Virus record (IMG/VR): IMGVR_UViG_3300044971_001115
Location: 1 to 55,345 of that record
Strand: one strand, 5' to 3'
DNA: 55,345 nt
From: a virus
Taxonomy: Duplodnaviria > Caudoviricetes
Shown: piece after piece, positions 41,245 to 51,341 of the stretch
Layout of the letters: every line of letters begins with the position of its first letter
How positions within the stretch are numbered: position 1 is the stretch's first letter
The notes under the pieces: generated by a model
Databases searched by the model: none
What the model was told of the DNA's origin: nothing
The model's input: only the letters and a program-made list of their open reading frames with translations
Position numbers and translations under genes: made by a program

Positions 41245-41751
41245 ATGGCTACTCCAATCAACATCACCGACATATCGGCCGACGCACTCCGTCTAAAAGA
41301 AATGATGGACGGAGTGCTCGAACGCGTCCAAAATGTTTTCCAGTCATATAACGTGCCGCTCCCGTCAAGATGTTATTGGACCATGGGGCCTCCTGCAATT
41401 GATTGCGAGCAACTTGTAGTCAGTTTTGTTCAGATGTACTTAGGTGCTCCTGGAGACGAAGTCAGTGCCCCGCAGCGTTGCTATGTTCCTCGCACAGCTA
41501 CGGTGGAAATTATGATTGCCCGCGAGGTCGCGGCTACCGGTATGAATGGTCGAGCACCGTCTGCCGAGGCAATCCAAAAGTCATCGTGGATGTCTTCCGT
41601 CGATGCATGGGTCCTCATGGACTCCCTAAACTCTTTTGACATGTGGGACGAATCTGGCTACGGTCTAGGTGTTATTGCAAACGTAGAAACTGCTGGCTTT
41701 GAAGGTGGCTATAACGCTGTAACTATGCAGCTAACTTTGGCGGTTCCATAA
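41245..41751 (+). CDS. Putative tail terminator/neck protein
   Basis: 168 aa in the connector block; DCEQLVV and EGG..V motifs. Confidence 0.6.
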   Translation: MATPINITDISADALRLKEMMDGVLERVQNVFQSYNVPLPSRCYWTMGPPAIDCEQLVVSFVQMYLGAPGDEVSAPQRCYVPRTATVEIMIAREVAATGMNGRAPSAEAIQKSSWMSSVDAWVLMDSLNSFDMWDESGYGLGVIANVETAGFEGGYNAVTMQLTLAVP

Positions 41752-42329
41752 TGTACGGCCTTCCCGATAGCTGGATTGGCTACGGCACTAAAAAAGTATT
41801 CAAAGCTTTATCCCGTAGTCGTGGTTTTAGTCGACAAGGCGTTTTTGGCGGTGGCAAGCCTCCACGTATTGGCATGGAGTTTGCACTAAAGCACGTAACT
41901 CTTTATCCAGATAAAATGTTTGAACTACTTAACTCTCCTAATGCACGCTCTAACACTCTAGGAAAAACCCTCTCTCAGAGGGCTAAGATTATGCACGCTA
42001 TGGCTAAGGCTAAGGTTGGTAAGAAGAATGGCGAGCTTGCTAACTCTATCTACCTAAGACACTATGCGACTAAGACTGGTCAGTCTATCCGAATGGGTTC
42101 ATATAAAAAACATGCCCTCCTCCACCACGAAGGCACTAGGCCCCACATAATTAACTCTCAGCAGGGTAAAAAGCTTAGATTTACGGCACGGGCACAGGTT
42201 CAGTATGCTACAGCGGTCCGCCACCCAGGTACACGAGCCAACAGATATCTGTACCACCCGATGAAGGTTGTATTCTCTGATATAGCTAGAATTTCCCCTA
42301 TGGCTCGTGCTAAGCAGACCTTGGACTAA
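41751..42329 (+). CDS. HK97 gp10-like neck/tail completion protein
   Basis: Basic protein; GELANSI, HHEGTRPH and VRHPGT.ANRYL motifs. Confidence 0.72.
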   Translation: MYGLPDSWIGYGTKKVFKALSRSRGFSRQGVFGGGKPPRIGMEFALKHVTLYPDKMFELLNSPNARSNTLGKTLSQRAKIMHAMAKAKVGKKNGELANSIYLRHYATKTGQSIRMGSYKKHALLHHEGTRPHIINSQQGKKLRFTARAQVQYATAVRHPGTRANRYLYHPMKVVFSDIARISPMARAKQTLD

Positions 42330-42412
42330 ACTCCCCTTTTCTATTCTGAAGTACAATAGAGTAAGGCAATAACGCCTGAAATACAAATACAAAATAGAAG
42401 AAAGATATAGTT

Positions 42413-42748
42413 ATGGCTAAGTTTAAAGACTTTGGCACTCGCTCCGCAGGAGACGTCGAGCCGGTTTCATTTAAAATCTACGATGAAGAATTCCACTGCA
42501 TCCCTCAAATCCAGGGAAGAGTTCTGCTTAATATGGTTGCCAACAGCGGGTCAGATGATCCGGCTGAAGCTGCCAACACAATTAACAACTTTTTCTCTGC
42601 TGTCTTAAAAAAGGAAAGCCTAGATCGATTCAACGCTTTGCTTGAAGATGAAGACAAGATTGTAACTGTTGACACACTTGGCGAAATCGTCGGCTGGCTA
42701 ACGGAGCAGTATTCAAACCGCCCCACCGAGGGGTCATCGGCTTCCTAG
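42413..42748 (+). CDS. Tail assembly chaperone (G-like)
   Basis: Two genes before the tape measure; ends WLTEQYSNRPT..; TACAAT at 42352-42357 upstream. Confidence 0.8.
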   Translation: MAKFKDFGTRSAGDVEPVSFKIYDEEFHCIPQIQGRVLLNMVANSGSDDPAEAANTINNFFSAVLKKESLDRFNALLEDEDKIVTVDTLGEIVGWLTEQYSNRPTEGSSAS

Positions 42749-43134
42749 AGTGGGGGATCGACCTTTGGCCCTACGTGAATGGAAAAGCATTAGTGAACGG
42801 ACTACAACTCGCGGACATGGACGCATCGGACATGCTCGACGTACTTCACTTTTACTTTGAAGAGGATCTGCGTTACAGTAACGCAGAAGAAGCAGATGCA
42901 GTGAGCTCCGTTAGGGTTTCACTGTATCGAACCATGTACGAGACTGAGTATAAATATAAGGTCTCGTCTAAGAAGCCCGGCCAAGGCCGGAACTCGTATG
43001 CCTCTGGCACTGATTTTGACGATCTTGCCCCATTCGACCCAGAAACAGCAGTATCAAAACCATATGTCCCACCAACCCAGTTTGATGCATCCGGGGTTGA
43101 CTCTAGTGGCGTCTTAGACGGACCACTCGGGTAG
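42721..43134 (+). CDS. Tail assembly chaperone T segment, probably reached by a -1 frameshift
   Basis: The -1 frame is open from 42673 through 43134 and overlaps the end of G; no RBS before the GTG at 42775. Start coordinate approximate. Confidence 0.65.
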   Translation, partial: PHRGVIGFLEWGIDLWPYVNGKALVNGLQLADMDASDMLDVLHFYFEEDLRYSNAEEADAVSSVRVSLYRTMYETEYKYKVSSKKPGQGRNSYASGTDFDDLAPFDPETAVSKPYVPPTQFDASGVDSSGVLDGPLG

Positions 43135-43162
43135 TAGCAATAGTTAGGCGGTGAAGTAGTAA

Positions 43163-46100
43163 ATGCCAGTAGTTGGTGAAGCCCATATTATGGTGCGAGC
43201 CTTAACGACGAGAGTCGCTAAGGATATCAAAGACGGGTTTGATGGCATTGACGGTGCTACTGCAACCAAAGCTGGAGAGACGATTGGACAGCGTCTTAGG
43301 GACGGGTTCTCTAAAAGCACTAAAGGCAGCTGGGCTGGAAAGTGGGCAGACGGTCTAAGAGCAGCCGCCCCCGGGGCTGAAGCTGCCCGTGACAGCATGA
43401 ATCAACTTATTAAACAAGGGTATAAATTTAGTGCTATTGGCACTCTACTTGTCGGGTCGATTGGAACCATTATTGGTGCACTAGGTGCACTGATCGGTGC
43501 GGCCGGTGGGGCAGCGGCAGCATTCACTGCCATAATCGGCACAATGCTATCCCTTAAAGTTGGAATGTCGGTTGCCAAGTTTGCCTTAAAGGGGGTAGGC
43601 GAAGCCGTAGGGGCGGCAACCCAGGCACAGATAGGCTATAACGATGCTCTGGCAGAGGCCAGAAAGCAGCTAAAACAACTAAAATTTGATGCAGAAGCAG
43701 CGGCCCTTGCCGAAGAGGGTGCTGCCATGTCGCTTGAAAAAGCGATTGAAAACCTAAACATGACTGCTGACCTGCCGCCTAACTCTACAGCTAGGCGTGC
43801 AGCTGTGTTGGCCTATAAAGAAGCCGACCTAGCGTATAGGCGTGCTCAGGAAAGAAACAAAGAAGCACAGAAGGAAGCAAAGAAGACTCTTGGCGAGTTG
43901 GCAAAGGGCTCTAAGCAGGACCCGTTTGCCGGGCTAACTAAGACTCAGAAGAAATTTGCTAAGTTTCTAGTCACTCTTCAGCCTATTTTCAAAAAACTCC
44001 GGGAAAGCGTTGCTAAAGGATTTTTAGGTCCCCTACAAAAGGGTCTAGACGATTTTATAAAATCCGGAACCTTTGAAGAATTAAAGACCGGGATGGTCAA
44101 TGTTGGCAAAGCACTGGGCGTGGCTACCGAGTCCATATTTGAGTTCTTAAGTAGTAAAAAAGCCGCGGAAGACTTAGCGGTTATTTTTGAAATGATTTCA
44201 AATGTAATTAGGCAATTCGGCCCGATCATTACTGAAGCACTTGGTGCTTTTATGAAAATCATGACGGCCTCTAAAGGAATCACCGAAACCTTTGTTGGAT
44301 TTATTCTAACTAAACTTAAAGAATTTAATACTCTTTTAGACGAAACAGAGGCCAAAGGCGAGGGTGGCGGAGGCCTAGGTACGTTCTTTACGCAAGCCGG
44401 AGTCCTTGCTGGTAAGTTCGGCAAAATTATTGGCAATATTATGAAGGGTATTGGAGCCCTTATTTCGGCAAACTTCGGGCCGGACAGCGGTGGAGATATG
44501 CTGCTCGACTGGCTAATTAAAGCCACCGAAGGTTTTGCAAATATGGGAAACGATAAAGAGCTAGTAAAGTACTTCCAAGATATTGCCAAAAACTTCGAGG
44601 CAATGTTCTCTGGTATCGGCGGAGTTATTGGCGAGCTGGTAAAACTTGGTGCCGATGAAAACATTGGAATTTTCTTTAACAAGATTAAAGAAGCGACCCC
44701 CGCTATTGGCGAGATGCTTGGTAAGTTTACTCCTGTACTCCCCGCTGTTGGAGATTTGTTTGTAGCAATTATTGATATCATCAATGCGTTGGCAGATACT
44801 GATGCTCCAAAGCTGTTTTTTGAGACACTAACAAAAGCCGCTGAAGCCATGGTTCCTCTATTGCAGGACGAGGGGGTTCAGGCTATCCTTAACGTGACGG
44901 GGCAGGTTCACGCACTTGGACTGGCATTCCAGACGATTAAAGCCCCTGTTGAGCAAGTAATTGGGTTCATGTTTGGAAACTTGATATCCATACTTGACAC
45001 CATAGATAAGCTCAAAAAAGGCTTTGGTAATGTTAAAACTATTATAGAAGGCATTCCAGCAGTCTACGAAAAAATAAAAATCTTTTCCAAGGCAGCCCTT
45101 GACGATGCAAAAATCGGCCTTCAGCTGTATGCACAAGCAGCAAAGGACTTTTTTAATAAGGCAAAAGACTACGCTAAGTCTATGTTCGATCAGGCAAAAG
45201 CTGGGTTTAACTTATATAAAGAGCAGGCAAAGGGTGCATTTAATAGTGCAAAACAATATGCCATCGGTATGTTTGACCAAGCAAAAATTGGTTTTAAACT
45301 ACTAATAGATAAAGCAAAGCTTTCAGCTATCGCAGTTGGTAATAGCCTAAAAACTGCATTCCTAAAGGCTGCTGCTGCGGCTAAACTTTTTGCAACAAAT
45401 GTCTTCCTTGGCACTAAGGCCATGCTTTTGCAAGCTATTCAAGGTGCTAAGAATATTGGTGTAATGCTTGCTCAGCGGGCTGCCACTATTGGTGCAGCGA
45501 TTGCCCAGGGTGTTCTTAGAGTAGCGACCGTTATTGGAACAGCTGTTCAAGCTGCCTTTAACTTTGTACTGGCTCTAAATCCAATCACACTAATTGTTAT
45601 TGCAATCGTGGCCCTGATTGCGGCCCTCATCTACTTCTTCACTCAGACGGAGCTGGGCAAGCAAATTTTCCAAGGCTTCATGGACTTTATGGCGGGTGTA
45701 TTCGATTTTTTAATGGATGCGTTTAAGGCTGTTGGAGATTTCTTTGTTGCTATGTGGGATGGCGTAGTCAAGGGGCTAGGGGATGCAATCAAGTGGTTTG
45801 GAGATATGTTTAAGGGGGTCTGGGATGGTATCGTCGGATTCTTTAAGGGCATCGTTAATGGACTCATTGGCATGTTTGAAGGCTTTATCAACTTTGTTAT
45901 TGATGGCCTAAACGGTTTTCTTGGACCTATGAAAGACGCAATTAACGGAGTAATGAAGTTCCTAGGAATTCCTCTAACATTTAGTGCAATTGGAAAGGTC
46001 AGCATTCCTCGTCTTGCTGATGGTGGTGTGGTTATGCCGTCGGCCGGAGGTTCGTTAGTGAACGTTGCTGAGGCTGGAAAACCTGAAAAGGTTGTACCGC

Positions 46101-46264
46101 TGGACTCAGAGGGTCTATCTGCGGGAGATCGAAAAGTTCTAGAAGCTCTAAATAGTAGTACAGGAATTAACATTCAGATCAATGGTGCCGAGATGGACAA
46201 GAACGAACTTGCCGCTGAAGTGTCCCGACGACTAGCATTCCAGATGCGAAAGGGTGCTATCTAA
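43163..46264 (+). CDS. Tape measure protein
   Basis: 1033 aa, Ala/Gly-rich helical protein; VVGEAHIMVRA N-terminus; 11/22-aa periodic repeats (FDQAK.G); NPITLIVIAIVALIAAL; IPRLADGGVV..VAEAGKPE. Confidence 0.93.
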   Translation: MPVVGEAHIMVRALTTRVAKDIKDGFDGIDGATATKAGETIGQRLRDGFSKSTKGSWAGKWADGLRAAAPGAEAARDSMNQLIKQGYKFSAIGTLLVGSIGTIIGALGALIGAAGGAAAAFTAIIGTMLSLKVGMSVAKFALKGVGEAVGAATQAQIGYNDALAEARKQLKQLKFDAEAAALAEEGAAMSLEKAIENLNMTADLPPNSTARRAAVLAYKEADLAYRRAQERNKEAQKEAKKTLGELAKGSKQDPFAGLTKTQKKFAKFLVTLQPIFKKLRESVAKGFLGPLQKGLDDFIKSGTFEELKTGMVNVGKALGVATESIFEFLSSKKAAEDLAVIFEMISNVIRQFGPIITEALGAFMKIMTASKGITETFVGFILTKLKEFNTLLDETEAKGEGGGGLGTFFTQAGVLAGKFGKIIGNIMKGIGALISANFGPDSGGDMLLDWLIKATEGFANMGNDKELVKYFQDIAKNFEAMFSGIGGVIGELVKLGADENIGIFFNKIKEATPAIGEMLGKFTPVLPAVGDLFVAIIDIINALADTDAPKLFFETLTKAAEAMVPLLQDEGVQAILNVTGQVHALGLAFQTIKAPVEQVIGFMFGNLISILDTIDKLKKGFGNVKTIIEGIPAVYEKIKIFSKAALDDAKIGLQLYAQAAKDFFNKAKDYAKSMFDQAKAGFNLYKEQAKGAFNSAKQYAIGMFDQAKIGFKLLIDKAKLSAIAVGNSLKTAFLKAAAAAKLFATNVFLGTKAMLLQAIQGAKNIGVMLAQRAATIGAAIAQGVLRVATVIGTAVQAAFNFVLALNPITLIVIAIVALIAALIYFFTQTELGKQIFQGFMDFMAGVFDFLMDAFKAVGDFFVAMWDGVVKGLGDAIKWFGDMFKGVWDGIVGFFKGIVNGLIGMFEGFINFVIDGLNGFLGPMKDAINGVMKFLGIPLTFSAIGKVSIPRLADGGVVMPSAGGSLVNVAEAGKPEKVVPLDSEGLSAGDRKVLEALNSSTGINIQINGAEMDKNELAAEVSRRLAFQMRKGAI

Positions 46265-48147
46265 TGGCTCTAACTACTAATCTTGTCTCCAACCCGTCCT
46301 TTAAAGACGGCACTACCAGCTGGGCCGCCACTGGTGGGTCTACAACAATTGCTGCCGCTCTTACCGGAGGGCTTTACGGGGTCCACTGCCTAACCGTTAC
46401 CAAGTCTGCGGATGCAAACGTTGGTGCTGTAACTGATACCACCACGATCACTGTAACTGTTGGCAATACCTATGTGGCATCTGCCTATATCAAAGTTCCG
46501 ACTGGGGAAGAGTCTGGTTCGTTTAAAGTTGGTATTGGATTCTACACTTCTGGAAACTCTCTCGTCGGGTCTATTCAATACTCTGGGACCACCACTATTA
46601 CGGCTGCAAGTGGGTGGACTAGGCTCTACCAGACCTACGTGGCTCCTGCAACTTCTGCATACGCAAAAGTCTATGTTGTTCAAAGTAACACAGCCACCGC
46701 GGCCGAAACCTTCCTAATTGATGCCGTTCAGTTTGAAAACTCTTACGACCCAAACACATTTGTTGAGACGCTGACTCAGGGGCAAGAGACTGCAGCTGTC
46801 AATGATGGCTTACGTCCAGTGCCGGTCCCACACCTTACAGGCCTAGAACTTAACGCAGATATCATGCTAAATGATCTACTTCTCAACACCGTTGACTACA
46901 ATAAGTGCGTCTGGGTTTGTACGGGAATCGATGGCTGGTGGGGGGTTCCTGCTCCAGAAGTTCCGGAGCTAACTCGTGGTCTAGATGACGGTTCATATGA
47001 TGTTCGTGGTCGCTGGACTGCACGCGATATGACCCTTACTGGGACCATTCTTGTGCCTAATAGAGACTATGCCGAAGTGGCTAGACAGCGTCTGATTGAA
47101 GCAATCAGTCTTGTGCACAGCGGTGGTTGGTTGTTTGTTGGGGAGAGCCCGACCAAGGCTGCGTACGTTCGACTCAGTGGTAGACCAGAGATTGAAAACG
47201 TAAATGCTCGTGGTCGCATGAATTTCTCAGTGGGCCTTCGTGCTGCCAATCCAGTAAAGTTCAGCTGGAACTGGAATGATCAAAACGGTTACGAGTCTGC
47301 AAACGTAGCAGCCGCGGGATCCACCGCGTACGTGAATAGCGGCAACATCGAAGTACCTGTAGATCTATCTCTTGAAGGACCTCTAACAGCACCAATTAAC
47401 ATTGTAAATACTACGTCCTCTAAAACCCTAAAGATTGTCAAAGATTTACGTGGTGCTGGAAACGTAAAAACCATCACTAATGCAGTACAAAGCGGAACCA
47501 CTGTCACCCTCACAGTCGGGGCTAGCCACGGATTTCTTGCCAACGATGTTATAAATGTCAATGATGTTACTACCGCTGGATATACCGATTTAAATAATGA
47601 CAATGCAGTAACGCTAACTAGTGTTGCGAGCACAACCATTACTTATACCTCTGGGACATCCAGAACTTTAACTAGTGCTGCGTGCGATGGTAACGTAATT
47701 CGTAACCACGCTAAAGCAATTACTAATGCCGTACAGACCACTACCTCGGTTACTCTTACATTTGCTTCCGGGCATAGTTTCTTAGAAGGAGACGTTGTGA
47801 GCGTCTCTGGTGTGTCTACAGTTGGATACACTGGACTAAATTCAGATGACTCGGTTACGATTACTGCTGTCACCTCAACCACCGTTTCATACACCTCGGG
47901 AACATCCAGAACTCTAACTAGTGCTGCATGTAATGGCTACCTCTATCTAGACAGCAAAGATACGTTGGTTATTGACACCTACAATAAGTCGGCCACGTTT
48001 AGAGGTTCAGCGGGGATTGCACGTTCATACATTGATGCCGTGGTTGACTGGATCACTCTAGCTCCGGGATCTAATACAATTACGTTCACTCCAACCTCTG
48101 GGACCACTCAGTTGAATGTAAAACACAGATCTGGTTGGATCGGCTAA
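46264..48147 (+). CDS. Evolved distal tail protein (Dit) with an N-terminal carbohydrate-binding module and two inserted repeats
   Basis: Follows the TMP; NLVSNPSF..IDAVQFE CBM-like domain; IDGWWG..ARDMTLTG..LRAANP..WITLAPGSN Dit core. Confidence 0.82.
   Translation: MALTTNLVSNPSFKDGTTSWAATGGSTTIAAALTGGLYGVHCLTVTKSADANVGAVTDTTTITVTVGNTYVASAYIKVPTGEESGSFKVGIGFYTSGNSLVGSIQYSGTTTITAASGWTRLYQTYVAPATSAYAKVYVVQSNTATAAETFLIDAVQFENSYDPNTFVETLTQGQETAAVNDGLRPVPVPHLTGLELNADIMLNDLLLNTVDYNKCVWVCTGIDGWWGVPAPEVPELTRGLDDGSYDVRGRWTARDMTLTGTILVPNRDYAEVARQRLIEAISLVHSGGWLFVGESPTKAAYVRLSGRPEIENVNARGRMNFSVGLRAANPVKFSWNWNDQNGYESANVAAAGSTAYVNSGNIEVPVDLSLEGPLTAPINIVNTTSSKTLKIVKDLRGAGNVKTITNAVQSGTTVTLTVGASHGFLANDVINVNDVTTAGYTDLNNDNAVTLTSVASTTITYTSGTSRTLTSAACDGNVIRNHAKAITNAVQTTTSVTLTFASGHSFLEGDVVSVSGVSTVGYTGLNSDDSVTITAVTSTTVSYTSGTSRTLTSAACNGYLYLDSKDTLVIDTYNKSATFRGSAGIARSYIDAVVDWITLAPGSNTITFTPTSGTTQLNVKHRSGWIG
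47467..47937 (+). repeat. Two tandem ~80-aa repeats, with a third copy at 52213-52449
   Basis: K.ITNAVQ..T.VTLT...H.F...D...YTSGTSRTLTSAAC.G; similarity is also visible at the DNA level. Confidence 0.9.
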
Positions 48148-48179
48148 ACTGGACTATAACGACGAAAATATAGGTAACG

Positions 48180-51100
48180 ATGGCCATCACTTCTAATGAT
48201 TTTTCGACAAAGATTGCTAACTATAAGTACTTTGTCGTAGACATTCTTACGAACTCGATTCTTGCTGAAGTCCCGTTTGCCGACGTCTCGTTCGAGCGTG
48301 CCCTAAAAGGTGCTGGTGCTTTCTCTGGAAAAATTGCCATAGTTCCAGATACTAAAGACCTGGACCTGTATGAGAGCACTATGCCAGGCAAAACTGCCCT
48401 CTATGTGACTAGAAACGGAATTTGTGTCTGGGGCGGAATCATTTGGTCTCGTGAATACTCGATCACTTCTAGATCACTTTCTGTAAATGCTTCCGAGTTT
48501 ACTAGCTACCTATTTCACCGTGTAATTTGGAAGACTTACAATTACAACCTTTCGGCTAATCTTTATAAACTTACCCAGGGGGGGAAAGTAAAAGTAGAAC
48601 TGCTTACGCGTAAAATTTTATTTCCTGCAACAGACACCGCTGGTAATAGAACTTCGGTTATTCTAAACTTCGCTGAGTATGGTTTTGTTAAATACAACGG
48701 AACTTACAAAATTGTAAGCGAAGCTGGGTATGAACCTACAGTAGATTATTTTTATGTTGAGATTCCCGCTCTGCCGCCACGCCCAGATAGCTACTACTCA
48801 AGGGTGGAAGTAACTAGCCGAGTAGATACGTACCAGTACGTAAAAGAACTAATTACAGAAGTTCTATCGGACTTTGTTGATGTTGACTTTTCCAATGAGG
48901 CCATAAATCCTGGCGTTAGGGAGGCATTTAATGTCACCTATAAAACTGTCTTAAATAACGTAGCCACTATAGTGACCAACACTTCTCACAATCTAATTGC
49001 CGGCCAGCGAGTCGACATTAAAAATGTGGATGCTAACCTAGATGGAGTCCGGACTGTTAAAGAGGTTCTTAGTGACACCTCTTTCACCTTTGATGTGGTT
49101 ACAGCGAACATTGCTACCAATACGCCCACGGTTTCAACTACATACCCTCTTAAATACAGGGAAGTTACCACTGTTGCTCGTCGATCAGTTAAGAATGTCA
49201 AAGCATCATCTAACATAGTTACCGTTACAACTGCTGTCCCTCACTTGCTAAAAGTGACTGACAATCTCATTATGCAGATTGAGAAAAAACATAAAAGATT
49301 TAATAATAATGGTGCAGCCGTATCTGTCACTGCAGTCCCGTCGGCCACTACTTTTACATACAATCTGACCACTGACAATACCCCGACCGCGGGTATAAAT
49401 GTTAAAGATTCTTATTGTAAGTATTCCGTTGATGTTAAAGCCCTAAGGCTTACCATGTATCCGGGGTACACTCATGACTTTGACACTGACTCTGAAATTT
49501 ATGTGGATGGGGTTGACCTAGATGCATGGGAGACTCCTATGTACGACGGCTATCACACGGTTACTGAAGTTGCTGGAGATGATACTTGGTTCCAGTTTGA
49601 GCCAAAGTATGCAATGACCAAAGAGCCTGGATCTGTAATTGACATCTCCAGAAGAAAATATAAAAAGAGCTCTAACCTAGTTAGCATCACAACAACTACG
49701 GCTCATGGGCTATTCAAAGGCGACACCGTTTCGATTGACACCAAGGCTTCTGGTACGGACGTGGCGTTTGATGGAACTGTAGAAATTAAAAACATTCCTG
49801 GTGCCGATAATACATTTACATATAGACCAATTAAAACAGTCTCTAAAGATGTAAAAGATCAAGCTTCGACTGGAACGGTTACTAGGACTAAAGCCATTAT
49901 TGGTTCCATAGATAGGACTCCATCTACTATCTCAAAGATCCAAAGGGTTGCATCAACAGCAACTATTACAACTGCCGCTGCTCATAATTTTATTGAGGGT
50001 GATTATGTTTTAGTGGCTTGTAATGTTACTAGTTTCAATAACAGCAATGTTCCTGTACAGGTTTCAGACGTCCCTAGCACCACAACCTTTAGCTACTCTA
50101 GTGCTGGTAGCCCTGTTGCTGCCGACACAGCAGCGACCGGAATTGCTTCTGCCGTATTTACCGGCTTTGGAAAAGCTAGATATCCGTCTACTGCAGCCGC
50201 CTCCGGAACCACTAGAACCATAACTTGCTCTAATCACGGGTTGTCAACTGATGATTGGGTATCTATCTACATTGCTGGTAAGGACTCTATCTACAACAAC
50301 GGTGGAGCACCTGTAAAAATTACTAAGATTGATGCTAATAGTTTTAGTTATACAGTGGCTGGCTCGGCTACAGACACATCTAGCGGATTAGATGCGTATA
50401 GCATTATCACCTCTGCTGCCTATGTCACTAAGACTCCAGTGGTCTATGCAAGAAGTTATGGAGAGTTCCCGGATAACGCCGACCTGGGCGGTCTAGAGTT
50501 TGGTACCACTACTTATAGCCAAAAAGCATTTATCAACGCAACTATCACTGGTAGCGATCTACAAAATGTTGGAGAGCATCTAGATAAATATTCAAATACC
50601 CCCGAAGGCTTTGAGTATCGAATTGACTGCTCGGTTCAGACCGTGGATGGCGTTCAGTCGTTTAAACGTACCTTTGTTATTGTTCCTAGAAAACCTGAAG
50701 TGTTGACAGACTACTTAACGGCTTACCCTCTTGCTCCTGGTGAGTATGCTCCTCCTAGTGCTTTTGGTGCAGACAAGCTGACGTTTGAGTACCCTGGAAA
50801 CGTTGCTGATGTTACCCTCAGCGAGAATGCAGAAAACGCAATTACTCGAATGTTTATTGTTGGAGACGGTGGCGGTGCGGGAGAGGGCGAAGCAAGTGCT
50901 CACTACTCGGGGTCAGCTTTGACTGACCTGCTATCTAATGGCTGGCCTATTCTTGATGGCGGCGAAAAACAGTCCTGGCCGCAGTATGGGTATAATCAAA
51001 TCAACCGCGACAAGTGGGACAACTATGACGCTGAGCTTGATTTCAAAAAGACTGCTGACCGTTATCTCAATGAATCTAAGCCGCCAATGGGCGAGTATTC

Positions 51101-51341
51101 AATTAAGATCAACGGATCGCTCGATCCTGTAGTTGGTACGTACAATCCTGGTGATTGGTGTCAGCTAGTAATTAATGACGACTTTATTAGCGAGCGTTTG
51201 CAAAGCTATCTAGAACCTAGAAGTACAGCAATTGTTCGCAAGATTGAGTCAATAAATGTCTCTGTACCAAATAGCCCTGCGTTTCCAGAAGACATTACAT
51301 TGAACCTAATTCCTGAATGGGAGGTTGACGTCCGTGGGTAG
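48180..51341 (+). CDS. Baseplate hub/minor tail protein with about six inserted beta-domains
   Basis: Hub-like N-terminus (VSFERALKGAGAFSG, VWGGIIW) and C-terminus (FEYPGNV, YNPGDW); repeated T..H.L/F..GD.V modules between them. Confidence 0.8.
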   Translation: MAITSNDFSTKIANYKYFVVDILTNSILAEVPFADVSFERALKGAGAFSGKIAIVPDTKDLDLYESTMPGKTALYVTRNGICVWGGIIWSREYSITSRSLSVNASEFTSYLFHRVIWKTYNYNLSANLYKLTQGGKVKVELLTRKILFPATDTAGNRTSVILNFAEYGFVKYNGTYKIVSEAGYEPTVDYFYVEIPALPPRPDSYYSRVEVTSRVDTYQYVKELITEVLSDFVDVDFSNEAINPGVREAFNVTYKTVLNNVATIVTNTSHNLIAGQRVDIKNVDANLDGVRTVKEVLSDTSFTFDVVTANIATNTPTVSTTYPLKYREVTTVARRSVKNVKASSNIVTVTTAVPHLLKVTDNLIMQIEKKHKRFNNNGAAVSVTAVPSATTFTYNLTTDNTPTAGINVKDSYCKYSVDVKALRLTMYPGYTHDFDTDSEIYVDGVDLDAWETPMYDGYHTVTEVAGDDTWFQFEPKYAMTKEPGSVIDISRRKYKKSSNLVSITTTTAHGLFKGDTVSIDTKASGTDVAFDGTVEIKNIPGADNTFTYRPIKTVSKDVKDQASTGTVTRTKAIIGSIDRTPSTISKIQRVASTATITTAAAHNFIEGDYVLVACNVTSFNNSNVPVQVSDVPSTTTFSYSSAGSPVAADTAATGIASAVFTGFGKARYPSTAAASGTTRTITCSNHGLSTDDWVSIYIAGKDSIYNNGGAPVKITKIDANSFSYTVAGSATDTSSGLDAYSIITSAAYVTKTPVVYARSYGEFPDNADLGGLEFGTTTYSQKAFINATITGSDLQNVGEHLDKYSNTPEGFEYRIDCSVQTVDGVQSFKRTFVIVPRKPEVLTDYLTAYPLAPGEYAPPSAFGADKLTFEYPGNVADVTLSENAENAITRMFIVGDGGGAGEGEASAHYSGSALTDLLSNGWPILDGGEKQSWPQYGYNQINRDKWDNYDAELDFKKTADRYLNESKPPMGEYSIKINGSLDPVVGTYNPGDWCQLVINDDFISERLQSYLEPRSTAIVRKIESINVSVPNSPAFPEDITLNLIPEWEVDVRG

